Origin: Schmidtea polychroa | Taxonomy: Eukaryota | Assembly: GCA_044892525.1 (NCBI GenBank) | Contig: CM097885.1 | Span: 191,394,001-191,458,000, forward strand | Direction of reading: 5' to 3' | Length of the DNA stretch: 64,000 nt | In this document: positions 1 to 13,969 of the stretch, one piece after another | Position numbering within the stretch: the stretch's first letter is position 1 | Layout of the letters: the number at the start of each line of letters is the position of its first letter | Program-made: the position numbers and the translations under genes | The notes under the pieces: model-generated | Told to the model about the DNA's origin: nothing | The model's input: the letters and a program-made list of their open reading frames with translations, nothing else | The model's database searches: none

Positions 1-206
1 GATGTGTTTCCAGTCTAGCCCTAAGTATAGTTATATAAATTTTCGTTAGTTTTAATATTTTGTGAAATGTTAAGCGTGAAAATACTTTTTTGATAAGCAG
101 CGCTTGATATTCATTGTCTTTTGTTGTCGCAAACGTTCACTAGCAGTTACTGATACTTAATGAGTAATAGATCAAATTATATTTTTGCACACAAAAATTG
201 ATCTTA
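1..206 (+). repeat. Copy of composite repeat cassette (hAT terminus plus AT-rich repeat), nearly identical to 61341-61546
   Basis: The same sequence is read at 61341-61546 and, inverted, at about 26190-26390. This copy breaks at a TA (205-206). Confidence 0.9.
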
Positions 207-216
207 CCGGATAGTC

Positions 217-305
217 TCGAAAGTAAGACCAGGTCTTACTTTCGAATTTTTATAGATTTCAAAGCGAAATAAAGAAATCGAAAGTAAGACCGGTCTTACT
301 TTCGA
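217..305. repeat. Two copies of a 14-bp-arm palindrome TCGAAAGTAAGACC/GGTCTTACTTTCGA
   Basis: 217-245 has a 1-nt spacer; 278-305 is a perfect 28-bp palindrome. Confidence 0.9.
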
Positions 306-498
306 GTGGCGAATGATACCCCAACCCTTGTTATGCCCTCGTTAAATCAATAAGAATGTGAGGAAATTAACACATAAAAATAAAATTGTAAAACAAAATA
401 CACTTTAACAGAACATAAATAAAGGTAAAACATAGAATATGAATTCACAGTGTTTTTAATGAAACATGATTTCATTTTTATTCACCAAAATCAACATA

Positions 499-1582
499 CT
501 ACTTCTCTTCCCATAATTCTTCTTCCACAAAAAAATCATCGTCTGCTTCCACACCTATCAATTTTTGTTTAAGATTGTTATTAAACAAATCCCCGTTATA
601 GTCTTGATTAACCCCAAAAATGCCACAACAAACAAATGTCCTTTGTATACTTTCGGTCTTTATTTGATCAACCGATTCAGATACCCATTTGAATATAATT
701 TCCCAACAGGGTTTCTGCCTGTATCCCATTTTAGTGAAATTTGCATCCCCATTTGCCATCCATTCCGACCATCTTTTTCTATATTCGTTTTTAAAAATAA
801 AATTAATAACAACATCAAGAGGCTGTAAAAATGCAGTTGTTTTTTCCGGAATTTCAATTGTTTTCACATTAAGTCGAGTGGAAAGATCTGTAACTTCATT
901 TCTTGTATGTGCACTAAACTTATCAAAAATAATTACAGCTTTCCTGTTTTGCCCAAAAATATTATCGCATGGAAAACAATTTTGGATCCACGTTTTCATT
1001 ATTTCTGTTGTCATCGTTCCAGATTCAGATGTAATTACCATTAGATTTTTTGGAATAAAGCATTTGGGAACTTTACGCAATTTTTTAAGAATCACAAGAG
1101 TTCTATGAAGTTTTCCATTGGCTGAAATAAGTAGCACGACTGAAAAATGTGTTTTGCAGTGCCCAGTTCCCTTTGCTTCGACATTTTTTTTCACCTTTGG
1201 TAGTTATAGTCTTTGATGGCATAGTATCTATATAAATGGGTGTTTCATCCATATTATAAATATTACTTTCATCATACATTTGGCAAATTTTCACTTTTTC
1301 TAAATGGTTTGTAATTATTTCCTTTATCTCGGAATGACTTCGATTATCCTGTTGTCCAATGCTTGTTATTTTACGATAGGATAGATTGTTTCTTCTAAAG
1401 AAATTATGAACCCAACATTGACTTAATACAAGCGACAAATTGTTTGCAGTTATATATTCCATTGCTTTTTGTCTCAAAAGGTACACGGAAACTGCTCGTT
1501 TGAAAACCATCCTTTCGAATTTAACATATTCAACCAAAAGTTTTTCCAATTCTGGAAATTCGGCTTTTCTTCCACATCCCAC
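499..1582 (-). pseudogene. pogo/Tigger-type transposase (CENP-B-type HTH plus DDE_1), one frameshift, 5'-truncated
   Basis: ORF 1103-1582 has W-x2-NFFRRNNLS (HTH) and IYNMDETP (first D). ORF 499-1194 has FDKFSAH and FLQPLDV (second and third D). The two ORFs overlap in different frames. Confidence 0.88.
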
Positions 1583-2419
1583 AAACGAAAAGAAAAGAAA
1601 AAGAACATTTGAGGCTCATCATTATTGATCCAGTACAACGACTAAGACATAAATAGATTCGTTAAAGATTTCATCAATTAAAAATTTAGTTTAGTATCGA
1701 TTAGAAAGATAGATTGCACCAATTGACAATTTGGTATTTATTATCATCAATTAGAAATATAACTTTCAACAATTGACAATTTGGTATTTACTCATTATTA
1801 TCGACTTGGAAATATTGGATTTAATAATCATTAGCAAATCAATTGGGAACTTAACTTCATTATCTTTCTATTGGAGTTGGAAATCAAAAAGAAAAAACAG
1901 ACTGTAGCATCGATAAAGAAGCTCAAAACCAGTTCACGGTTTCGCTATTATTAACTAGTTAGTTATTACTTTTGAATTGTATATTTATATAGATATATAT
2001 TATTTCTAAAAATTAAAGGGATACAGTCACCAGTCAACACTTTTGTAGCTGTTCTGACTGTTATAATTTCAACTATTAACCAATCATCTGGGTTAATAGT
2101 ATAGCGATAAAACTTCGGGAATCCCTGCCCTTTATCCGTTCACCGATATCGTGCTGTTGGCGCATTTAGGGCCAGCCTTGATCCTTTGAAATAATCTTTA
2201 GGGCGGTTTGGATAACCGATATCTGAGCTTTAGAGTGCAGCCAGTTTTGTTAATTGTAATTGTATTAATTGTTTGTAAAATACTTTAGTTTTAAATAAAT
2301 ATTTAAAAGCATATTAGTTATTTATATCCAAATTACCTACATGTGTTATAACTAATATTTGTGGAGTCAGATTTACGATTGTGTTAGTTCGAGTACCTAC
2401 CCATCGAACCTAACAAATA

Positions 2420-3810
2420 GATAAATTTTTATTCCTTTTCGACGGAACTCGCATTATTGCTTCTTTTCCAATCAAAGCTCTTCCACCACACCCTAATCGT
2501 TGAAAAATGAAGTTCCTGTTGAGTTTGCTGCGCATTGCATATTTCATCGCCAGCATTTGGTTGTAAAATATCTGAGTGAACGCCTCCATAAATTAGATGA
2601 ATGTTTAAAGAGAAGTTTCATTTTTATTAGAGCGACTAATACTAACAGTTCAGGAACTAAGCAAAGAGAATTGAGACTTCATATCTTCTGAAGAATAAGT
2701 GCGTGCTCAGATGGGACTTTCACAAGATATCTTTTAAATCAAATGTTAGAAGTTTCTAAAATTCAATAAAAATTAGAAAATTTGAGTTTGCAAATGTGAA
2801 TAACTGCTAAGAAAGCTACTGACTGAATCTTCCATATGCTTTGAAAAAAATAAGATTTTCAATAAATGCGTGAGAAACAAAAATAGAGGTTGCTGTAATC
2901 TGAATTGGATTAGAAACATTAAGTTCTGCCACAATGTCACTCTACACGCTGTGATGGCTCATTCAAAGCTTCAGTAAACACGTCACCTTCAAGTTATTAT
3001 TAATAACCATCTCTAGATACATATTTACTCAAGCGCATTATTATGTACCATACAACTTTTATTGCTCACCGTTTCAGTGATTTAACCACTTTCCTCAGAC
3101 CTTCTCGCATGTAAATGAGTGACAACGCACCTAAGTTGACATGCAATATGGCCACAACCTCCAATAATATTGTTTGCAATTAATATAAATGCTAGATTAT
3201 ACGTTTTGATAGTTTTGTAAGTTATTAGCATTTGCTATGTCATTTTATCATTTCTTGCTTCAGTTGTCAAGGAAAAGCTGATAGAATAAAAAGAAATCAA
3301 AAATAAAATATTTCATTTGCTGTTATCCAAAATATTTCAACATAGAAATGGGTAAAATAAAATATCAAATATTTGTGTACTGACCAGTTAATAAGTAGTA
3401 TACAAATATGAAATTTGTTGAAAATTAATTTTTTTTGGAAAATCTTTTTCATTATTTTTATTAATTAGCAAAAAATAAAGTTGAGCATCCCAGCAGAAAT
3501 TTTTAAGGTTGTATTGCGCATCTTGCGGAATTTTATAACTTTGAAAATTCAATTGCAAAAATTTAGCAATCCGTTGGCCTATCATCTGGATATACTAGCA
3601 TACTCAAATTTGTTATTTCTTTATCATCAACACAAGTATCTTGTGAGAGATCTTTTTCAAAGTTAAAATGTTTAAGTCAAAAACATTTGGAGGCATTTAT
3701 GCTCATGGCGTGCGAAAAAGATATTCTAAATAACATTGACAATAGAGCAACTGTTATAATGAGAGAAAAAAAGAGAAATATTAAAAAAACTTGTTTAATT
3801 TTAATATTTA
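2420..3810 (+). repeat. Composite cassette block (Tc1 fragment, Buster-hAT fragment, unique repeat, hAT dimerisation-domain fragment)
   Basis: Shared with 62430-63430, 60306-61180 and, inverted, 24290-25290. Contains AAHCIFHRQHLVVK and TQVSCERSF remnants. Confidence 0.85.
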
Positions 3811-3814
3811 TTTA

Positions 3815-4577
3815 TAATGAAAAATATACAGAGGGGCAAGTAGCATTGAGATTAGAAGTGCACTTATCAATTGCCCATCGTGCAGTTTCGAGATTTAATT
3901 ATCTTTGAAGGTATTCATCAAAACATCGTTGCGGAAGACCTCCTGTTACTACCGAGCGAAGTGATGCTTTCATTCGCAGGTATGTCGATTGATATCAGCT
4001 CGTCATATTCTTGGTGAGTTACCTGGTAATTGCAATCCTAGCATTTGTACTATTCAAAGTCGAATTATTCATAAATTGCAGGTTACTGCCTATTGTCTAG
4101 TCACAAAATCATGTCCTTCTAAAAAGAAAATTGCAAATCGAATGGCTTTCTGCCATTGCTACAAAGACTGGACATCTATTGACTTGCATATAGCCCAGTG
4201 TACAGCAGTTCCATTGCAATCATCAATATCTTCGTCTACCCCCTAATCAACCTTATCATTCCAAATTTATTATCATGACTGTCAAACATTAACCATCCCT
4301 GATGATTTGAATGGCCATTAAATGTGTTAGAACAGGTGGAAGTTGGTTATTGCCTGCAGGCACAACAATCATCTCCAGTGTGTATGTTGGTATACTGTCA
4401 CATCATCAACTACAATACATGGCAGATAACAATTGCATCCTTATGCTTCATGACAGAGCTCCATGCCACTCAGCTAAGGTTGTGCAAAAGTGGGTCATGG
4501 AACACAATATTCCTGTAGTGGATGGCTGGCTTGGATCATTACCAGATCTAAATCCAATTGAAACTGATGGACACAAT
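3815..4577 (+). pseudogene. Tc1-family transposase relic, cut at its 3' end by a hAT insertion
   Basis: The N-terminal HTH is followed by GRPPVTTERSDAFIRR. The DDE_3 motifs HDRAPCH and W...PDLNPIE are present with many stops. The start recurs at 63911-64000. Confidence 0.8.
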
Positions 4578-7500
4578 CAGTGGCGGACTGGGCCGGCGGG
4601 ACACCGGGACATTTCCCGGTGGGCCGGTCGAATTAGAGGCCGCGAGGCCGGCGATATGTAAACTATTAAATTATTTCTTCTGATTAAAAAAATTAAATAA
4701 ATGAAACAATATACAATACACCCATACCTCGCTTTACGGCTTAGATACGTTCTACGAAACTTGGCCGCAAAGTGAAAAGCCGTATAACGAATCAATTATT
4801 CTAATACAAATTCATACAAATTCAATGAGATCGGTTCCAAATTTGTTAAATATGTAACTTGATTTATCATTCAAAATGCATTTTATTTTTTTATTTCATT
4901 TAAATCAAAAATACATACATAACAAGTACATACATTTGTACATAAAATAATAACAGACTCCAAAACCAACAATAATCTATAAACAAAGATGAAACAACTT
5001 CATGTTACATAAAATATAAAATAGGATTTTAAAAAACATAAAATATCCACTGAACGATGGCTAAGTCTTGTGTCTGTTATTAACCCATCAACGCCGGCCA
5101 TATTCATTTGAGGACGATAAGAAAAATAAAGATTCAACAATATTGGAAGACTATAATATTTCTCACGTTTTATCTTGTTAATATAAACACAGTAATGAAT
5201 CAATGGTCCAAATTTGTTTTAAATTTAGTTCCTTATTTGACGGTTTGTTAGATAAGATTTAATGTTTTGAAATTAAATACGGAGTTACTATCGCGCTGCT
5301 TGTTTATGTCTTTAGGACCACCGGTGTTTTTATTATTTAACAAAATTGTTAACTTATACTGCATCCAACTGGAAGTGTTCATTTTATTTTAATTATATAA
5401 TATTATTATTATTATTTTATAAACTATATATATGTAAGATGATTTATTGTTCTTTTCATACATTTTTGATAAATCTTATTTTCTTAAAGCGTATACTATC
5501 AATGCAAACTTTAAGAATAAATTATTGATTAATTTTTGTTTAGGTGTTAATGGGTTAAATAAATACTTATTGTATTATATTGTTAAATTATTTACGTTTA
5601 TTATTTAGAAAAAATGGAAAAAAGAAAATTTAAAGGAGGCGCTCAAAAAGAGAGAAAAAAACGACAAAAAATCATGCAAGAAGCTGCTAAAAATACTCTT
5701 AAATTAAGTGATATGTTTGCTTCAACTTCTAAGATCAATGCATTTGATATTGAAAATTTGAATGAGGATTTGGATTTAAGTTCATCAGTTTCGAGGAATG
5801 ATGATACTATTATGTGTCCCATTGGCGCAGATAAAGTTTAAACATCAATTCTCGAAGAAATAACTTCAGTTTCAGTCCAATAATGAAATGATAACACCAA
5901 CAAACAAAATGTTTAATTTCTTATCAGATAATTATTTCATAAGGCCAGGAAATCAAAATTATGAAGAGTTTTTTAAAAAACATCCATGCCAACCAACCAT
6001 TGATGACATTACTAATTTACCTTTTAAACCAAATTTAATATTTTATAGAGAAGATAAAGTAAATAGGCGTTGGCTATCATATAGTTTGGAAAAAAATGTT
6101 CTATTTTGTACCATGTGTTTGGCTTACAGTGATATTACAAACGAGAGTTCGTTTGTAAATCGTGGAATGACGGACTGAAGGCACACTTTGCAACGTGTTA
6201 AAGAACATGAAAATAGTAAAACTCATGAAAATTGTGTAAATTGTCATATGCTCAAATCTAAAGGCAAAGATATTTATAATTTAATGTTCACAAATGAATC
6301 AAGCATACGTCAGAAAAATATTATTGAACGAAAGCAAGTATTGGAAAGAATTATAGATGTTGTAAAATTAATTGGAAAAAGAGGATTAGCTTTACGCGCT
6401 CACCGATCTGAATCTGTTTCTTCACTTTCACTTGAAAAAAATCAAGATGACCATAGTAATTTTTTAGAAATAATATTGCTACTCTCTAAATATGACGCTG
6501 TTTAAAAAATAACATTTATCAAGAGTCATCAAAGAAAAGAAGAAAAATAATGAAACATCTGCGGGAACTAAAGGTAGAGGCAGTTTCATTTCATTAATTT
6601 CAAAATCTACTATTAACCAGGTAATTTTGGCCAGTGGAAAATTAATTCAAGATAGCATTTTGTTAGATATACAGGAAGCAGGTATTTTTTCTTTGCAAAT
6701 TGAAACCACACAGGACATAACACAAAAGGATCAGTGCTCAATTGTTGTCCGATATGTAAAGTGAAATATTTATGAACGTGTAGTAGCTGTTTTAAATTGA
6801 AAATCGTCTACAGGGAAAGACATTTGCAATTTAATTAGTATTTTTATTAAAAACAGTGGATTAAATATTAAAAATTGTATCGGTAATTCGACAGACGGAG
6901 AAGCAAACATGCGTGAACAGTATAATGGCTTCACCAGTTGGTTAAGTAAAGAATCGCCTGGTCAAATTCACGTTTGGTGTTATGCCCACGTATTGAATTT
7001 AGTTGTCACAGATGCTACTAGTTCGGTAATTGAAGGTACTTCTCTCTTTCAATTACCAACTCGTGTGCCGTATTTCTAAGAGAATCTTATCAACGTATGG
7101 ATGTTTGGGAAAACACCAGTGTAAAAATAAGGTATCAGAGACTTAACGTTATAGGTGAAACAAGATGGTCAGCAAAAGAAACAGCACTTAAAAAATTTTT
7201 GGGCATTATGATAACAAAGAAACCTCATTATGTATCAAATTTATTGATAACTTATTGATAACTTTGAATTATTTTGTGTCTAATGTATCTTTCAATGCTC
7301 AAATTAGACACACTACATCAACACTAATGGAGTATTTATTGAAATTTAATGTTATACTTACAGCGCATATTTATTTAAAAATTTTTCAATATATTGGACC
7401 GTTATCTAAATATTTACAAACCAGCAATTTAAATTATTTAACAGCTTATAACATGGTAACTTCCACATTAAATTCTTTAAAAAAAATTTCACGTGATTTT

Positions 7501-8459
7501 AGTAATGTAAAAGAAAAGTCAAATTCATTTGCTAAACGTGCGAATACACTACTTGAAGAGGAAAATTGTGAAATAATTGTCGAAGAACATATACCAGAAG
7601 AGAGATTTAGACGACGAAAGAGAATGCCCGACGAAATAACCGAAGATCATGAATTTCAAAAACCAATCGAAAAATATAAAATAAACACGTTTAACGTAAT
7701 TATGGATACCACAATAAATACTATAGAAAACCGTTTTAAAAATCATGGAAAATTATATGCAGACATGGCAATATTAGACCCTAAAAATTTTACCGACAAT
7801 AAATGTTCAGAAAACAGTTTAGAAGAGCTCAGTAAATTACTAGTAAAATATCATAAAACAGCTACAGCGTCAAATTTAAGGGAGGAATTAACTGATTTAA
7901 TGACAAAATGGGACGACTTTAAAATATCTATGCAAGATATATATAACATCGATGAATTAACTGATTCAGATTCAGAAATAATAAGTGAAGTGTGCCTCAA
8001 AAACAAAAAGAGTTGCGAAAATTGTATTTATTGCTGTTTTAATTTCTTGGCTAAATATAATTTATATAGCAAAGTATACAGCAATGTTTATTTTGCATAT
8101 AAATTTATTTTAACATTATCTTCGACGCAAGTAGCTTGTGAAAGTAGTTTTTCCAAATTAAAAATTATAAAATATAGACTCAGATCTTCCTTGTCACAAG
8201 ATAATTTGCAGTTTTTGATGCTTATGGCGATAGAGAAGGATATTTTGGTTAATTTAAATAATTATACAATAATAGATAAAATAAGAGAAAATGCTCCTGG
8301 TATTAGTAAATATTTAGGAATCTTTTGTTTATTTATTTTTTATTAAGTATGTATTTATATGTAATATTATATTAAAATGTTATTTTATATTATATTGTTT
8401 TTTTTAGGCCGGTACACTTGGGGTTTCCCGGGCCGCTCAAATTTGCCAGTCCGCTACCG
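4578..8459 (+). mobile_element. Decayed hAT DNA transposon (ZMYM1-like/Ac-type transposase)
   Basis: Left end CAGTGGCGGACTGG at 4578; degenerate right end CCAGTCCGCTACCG at 8446-8459. No TSD recognisable. Confidence 0.8.
5614..8346 (+). pseudogene. Fragmented hAT transposase
   Basis: Contains the TTF-type Zn finger (RRWLSYS...FCTMC), GKRGLALRAH, an RW motif and the C-terminal TQVACESSFSKLKIIKYRLRS dimerisation domain. Split by several stops and frameshifts. Confidence 0.88.
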
Positions 8460-10672
8460 TTGCCTTTAAATGAATAAGGGGAGAATATATCTACCCTTCA
8501 TTCACTGAGGCTTTTTATTTTCTGTAATATTCAGGCTGGAGTACTTGGAGCGCTTGCAACAAACATTTATTGACTTTTCACAGAGTCGCTGTTATAATAT
8601 TGATGCTTTGGATAGGTATGGTAATGCTTTGTAATACGTATAAATATAAATATATATCCATATTCTTATTGGAAAAGGGTATTGTGGTTCCCAATGGCTT
8701 TGTTGATATCCATTCATTATATATCTGTCTTGATTATTTGAGACCGAATCGATATCCTGATGTGATTTTAAACACATTTTGTATTCATTAATATTTCTCT
8801 GGCAAATTTGTGGAATGATCATCAGTTAGGGTATTGATGGGCTTCCTCAAGTAGGGTATTCTGGTTCTTCACTGATATCTTAAACGCATTTTGTATTGAG
8901 TTATATCTTGTAGAGTAGGCATGGCAAGATCATCAGTTCAGGTATTGATGAGTTCCATGACGTCGAGTAGAATATGTTATTTAGGCATCATCTTGGTCTC
9001 TAGAGAAAAGGTTGGAGTCGGAAGGAAATGAAAGGAGCCCTACATCCGCACTGACTATCTGTGCTGATTTTGTACAAGTGAAATGTTACAAAAAAAGACA
9101 GGCTACACTTGACTCATTTTTGCATTGAATTAAATTGTATTTACCTACCTATTTATTATTTTAATTAGGAAATTTGTAATTAATATGATAATTTATATTA
9201 CCTATATTAAATTTACAGTTTCAGAGTATATAAAATAAAATTATTGAAAAAAAATATACATTGTTTAATTTTATGTGTGTATTACTGGTTAATGTCCTTA
9301 GTTGCCAAAACCAAATAAATATTTCATTAAAATAAGGATAATTTAAAAACAATAGTAATTTCTATTATCTTCGAATCTCACTTCTTTTGATCTGATTTAT
9401 TTAGAAAATAAAAAATTTAAATGATAATGTCAATTTGATAAATCATAATTGAAAAAATAGGCAAAATGAATAAAGTCAATACAGAAATGCATCAAAATTT
9501 ATTAAAAAACAAAGATTTTATTCTGAGGATTTCTCAACTTCTTCAGCAACTGTTTCTGATTGTTCAACTTCTTCAACAGCTTCAGTTTCTTCAACTTCAG
9601 CAACTTGTTCGACTTCAGCAACAACTTCACAATGTTCGTTACACATGTTTAATAGAGATGAATTGCATAGAAATTTACTCGTATTTATACAGCTAAACAA
9701 TGCACACAAACTGATATTTGATTGGTCATTGCATCATGAATGAATGAAATATTTCATGAGTAATTTAATTGCATTATTACTGAAGCATGTTTGTAAATTT
9801 TATCAAAGTTGTAATAATTGAAACATTTGTTGTACAAGTAATATTTTTGATAGAATTTTGAAATTTGTTTTTCATCGTGCTATAATAAACAAATGGAAAT
9901 TCATTTTCTCTGTCGTTTGACCCCAATACGAATAATGTCAACGCATATATCATCATATTTATCATGTCCTCTAATGGTTCCTCTAATTTTAGTTAATTTT
10001 TTGTTTGTTGGGGATTTTTAATTAGTATTATAAATTATTATATTAAAATCATCTGTCATTCATCGTGGACAATAAATAAATTGGACAAAAAACGGTATGC
10101 TTTATTGTTATTAAATATTAATTAGTAAAAACAACCAGTTTATAGGTAGGTCTGTTAAAGGGGTGCCTTGAAATAATTAACGTAGGGAATTTATCCTAAT
10201 ATTTATAAGAGCCACATGGAAGTAATACGCTTCTACTTTAAATACCAATGTAAATCCTAAGCATATTCAAAAATGAAACACTTTAAACTATTTTACGATT
10301 GCGTTCGGAATTGCACATTTTCATATTAACATATAATAGTTGAAAGGTTATTAATGTTGTTTCAGTGGGTCATTTGCATTATTATCTGCATAAGAACATG
10401 AATTTTGTGTAGAATATGATATTGGAAATTGGCCTCTTTTTAAACGAATCCAATTTTAAAATTAGAACATTTACGAACAAAATGATTAAGGAAGGATAAG
10501 TTGATCATCACAAGAAATAAATATTAACAGGAAATTGAGGAGGTTGGCCTCCAAGTTTAAAATAAATATTACCAATAATTGAAAAAGTTTAAAATGTTGA
10601 TCAAATTTCATTTAACCTTTTAATTGCAAAATTTGTAAAATAAAATATCTAACTGACAATCCTTCATGTAAT

Positions 10673-13600
10673 CAGGGGCGCTCCAAGCGGGCGTGCAACG
10701 CGTGCGTGGCACGCAGGCGGCCGTTTGAAAGGCGGCAAATTAAAAAAATGCATTTGCAAAAACAACAATTTCATTTTGTAAAATTCATTTTTTCATTTTG
10801 TAAAAAAAAAAAAAGTTTTGTTACTGAACGCACACAGTTTGTGTAGTATCATTGAACGCACTCCATTAATTTTTATATATCTGTCTTGGCTTGTCATTGA
10901 CAAATACTATTACACTAAATAACTTTGACAAGTTGTCAAAGTCATTTAGTGTTTTAATTTTGGATTCAAAACAACATTAATATTTCCAGTTTTTAAATTT
11001 ATAAAAATCAATAAGATTTTTATTTTTAAAAAAAAATAGAGATATATAATATTAGATTAGAAAGCAGGATTGTATTATAGAATTTGGTAAGTATAATGCA
11101 ACTTTTTCAATATTTTTGTTAAACATAAGTGTTATGATGTACGTTAGATATTTTTTATTTGTATTATTTGCACCATTAGATATGACCGGAAGAAAAACAA
11201 AACGTTTATCTGGCGCACAATACAAAAAGCAGCGTTTAAATAAACTGAAATCAATGCAGAGTTTGAAGAATTCGCTTTCAAAATATTTTGAAAATACACC
11301 AACAGCGTCGTCAAGCACACCTATAGAAATAGAAAATAATGTTACCATATCTGTTGACGATAATAAAAGTTCTAGCGATAGCGATGAGAATGAATATGAA
11401 ATTTTTACAGAAATTCGGTCTGAAAATTCATCTGTTGGAAATTCATCTGACGAAAATTGTGAAGCAAATATAATATTGGACGATCCAGGTATGTGGGCAA
11501 ATAATATATCAAGTATAACCGCACGTAACCTTGTTGAAAGAGGACCGATTCAAATAAAAAATTTCGAATTTCCATTGTCAAGTGGGCGTAAATTTTCAAA
11601 GTATTATTTAAGACAATTGCCGAACGGAGAAGAAACACAACGCGAATGGCTTGTGTATTCAATTACTAAAAATTCTGTGTATTGTTTTTGCTGTAGGATA
11701 TTTGATTTCAGTGATAAAAGCAGTCTATCCGATTCATCGGGTTTTTCTGATTGGCAACATTTATCGTTAACTTTGTCTCGACATGAAAAAAGTCAGTTTC
11801 ATAATGAAAATATAAAAAAATGGATATTGTTAAATAAATCATTAAAAAATAATACTACAGTTGATAGTGCGAACCAAAGACTATTACAAGCCGAACGAAA
11901 GTATTGGTATGAAGTAATTCAACGAATAATATCTATTATTCAATATCTTTCTAGGCAATGCCTTGCCATAAGAGGAAAGTCAAATCAATTATATGCAAAT
12001 AACAATGGAAACTTTTTGAAAGCAGTAGAAATGGTTGCCAGATTTGACCCTATTATGCAAGAGCATGTACAACGGATTGAAAAGTCTCGAAACAATTTGA
12101 AATATATGCCTCATTATTTGGGGGATAAAATACAAAACGAAATTATCAATATTATTAGCACAAGTATTAAAAACGCTATATTAGATTTAATTAGAAAAGC
12201 AAAATATTTTTCAATTATATTAGATTGCACACCAGATGTTAGTCATACTGAGCAATTAACTATTGTAATAAGAATTGTGAATTTGGAATCAAAAAAAATT
12301 GAAATACGTGAACATTTTTTGGGTTTCTATCAAATAACAAATACTACCGGCGAGGGGTTAACCGAATTTGTTTCAAAAGAACTTTCAAATCTAAATTTAA
12401 ATATTCATAATATGCGTGGACAGGGATATGACAATGGTGCCAATATGCGAGGAAAGCATAATGGCTTACAAAAAAGAATTTTAAATATCAACCCGCGAGC
12501 ATTTTTTGTACCATGTTCTGCTCATAGCTTAAATTTAGTTGTTAATGATGCGGCACATATTTCACATGAAACAGTAACATTTTTTGATTTAGTACAAGAA
12601 ATATATGTAGTTTTTTCGGCGTCAACTAAAAGACGGGCGATAATAGTAAAATATTTACCGAATTTAAAATTAAAACCCCTGAGCGATACAAGGTGGTCAA
12701 GTAGAATTGATGCCATACAACCACTAAGGTATCATACTGAACAAATTTATAAATCTCTTTTTGAAATATCAAATGATCAATTGATTGACTTTAAAACCAG
12801 ACATGTGGCAAATTCTCTTTCACTAAAAATATCAAGTTATCGTTATTTATGTTCCATTGTTATTTGGCATGAAATTTTGATGAAAATTAATGTTGTTAGT
12901 CAAATATTACAGAACCCAAACACCGATATCAATAGAAGCGTTACCGCGTTAGATGATTTAATAGAGTTTTTAAAAATTGTCGTAATGATAATGGATTTGA
13001 AAAAATGCTTACATCAGCTAGTGAATTAGCCGAAAAATTACACGTAGAACCTAAATTTCAAGAAATTTCAAGTTTAAGAATAAGAAGAAAAACACCAAAT
13101 TTTGATTATGAAGGCAAGGATGAACCAATATTAGATCCAAAAACAAATTTTAAAATTAACTTTTATTTCTGCATTATCGACCAAGCATTAGTATCAATTA
13201 CAACAAGATTCGAAGCGTTAAAATCGTATAATGATATATTTGGATTTATGTATAATATTAAAGATATAACAGAAGAAATACTTTTGAAAAGCTGCAAAGA
13301 TTTACATTTGAAATTAACTGACGAACAAAGAAATGAGTCCGATATTAATGGAATTGATTTATTCAAAGAGATAAAAACTATAAAGATATTTTTAAAAGAA
13401 GAAGATATTAAACCTCAATCTATATTATTATATATTTTACAAAATGATCTTCAGGCAACATTCCCAAATATATTTATTGTGACCAGAATTCTATTAACAT
13501 TACCAATCTCAGTTGCAACAGGTGAAAGATCGTTTTCAAAATTGAAGATAATTAAAAATTATTTACGATCAACTATGCTCCAGGAACGTTTAAGTAATAT

Positions 13601-13969
13601 ATCAATAATTTCAATAGAACATGAAATCCTAGATAATTTAGATATGCATGACTTAATTTCACAATTTGCTTTGAACAAGGCAAGAAAAGTCTCTTTTGTA
13701 TGAGTAGTAAACTATTAATTTCATAAACTTTCTATTGTTTGTGTGTACTAAACTATAACTTTCCTAAACTTATCTGTTTTGTGATTAATAAACTATAATT
13801 TTCATAAACTATTGCATGTGATATGTGTGTTCTTCCGCAGTTTGTTTAATTTTTACTTTAATTAAATGTTATTTTTATTTTGGATTATAGAAACTTTTTT
13901 GCAGCAAGGATGAAGAGCGGCGTGAAATTATTTTGCACTCAAGCGGCCTAACAGCTCGGCGCGCCCCTG
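10673..13969 (+). mobile_element. Near-intact hAT transposon, 3297 bp, 8-bp TSD CATGTAAT
   Basis: TIRs CAGGGGCGCTCC / GGCGCGCCCCTG. TSD at 10665-10672 and 13970-13977. The empty site is visible at about 34171-34200. Confidence 0.96.
11182..13703 (+). CDS. hAT transposase of about 840 aa, split only by one -1 frameshift at 12967-12976
   Basis: ORFs 11116-13029 and 13005-13703 contain the TTF Zn finger, LDCTPDVSH, GQGYDNGANM, CSAHSLNL, TRWSSR and VATGERSFSKLKIIKNYLRS. The likely start is MTGRK at 11182. Confidence 0.9.

Noticed and set aside
565-1108. Plus-strand ORFs opposite the pogo transposase (likewise 7549-7746, 11405-11662, 12522-12716, 13163-13366, 41306-41572)
   Set aside because: Antisense shadows of transposase coding sequence with no independent motifs.
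2059-2353. Possible solo LTR (TGTTATA...TATAACT, internal AATAAA)
   Set aside because: The end is not CA, there is no TSD or PBS, and no second copy is in the window.
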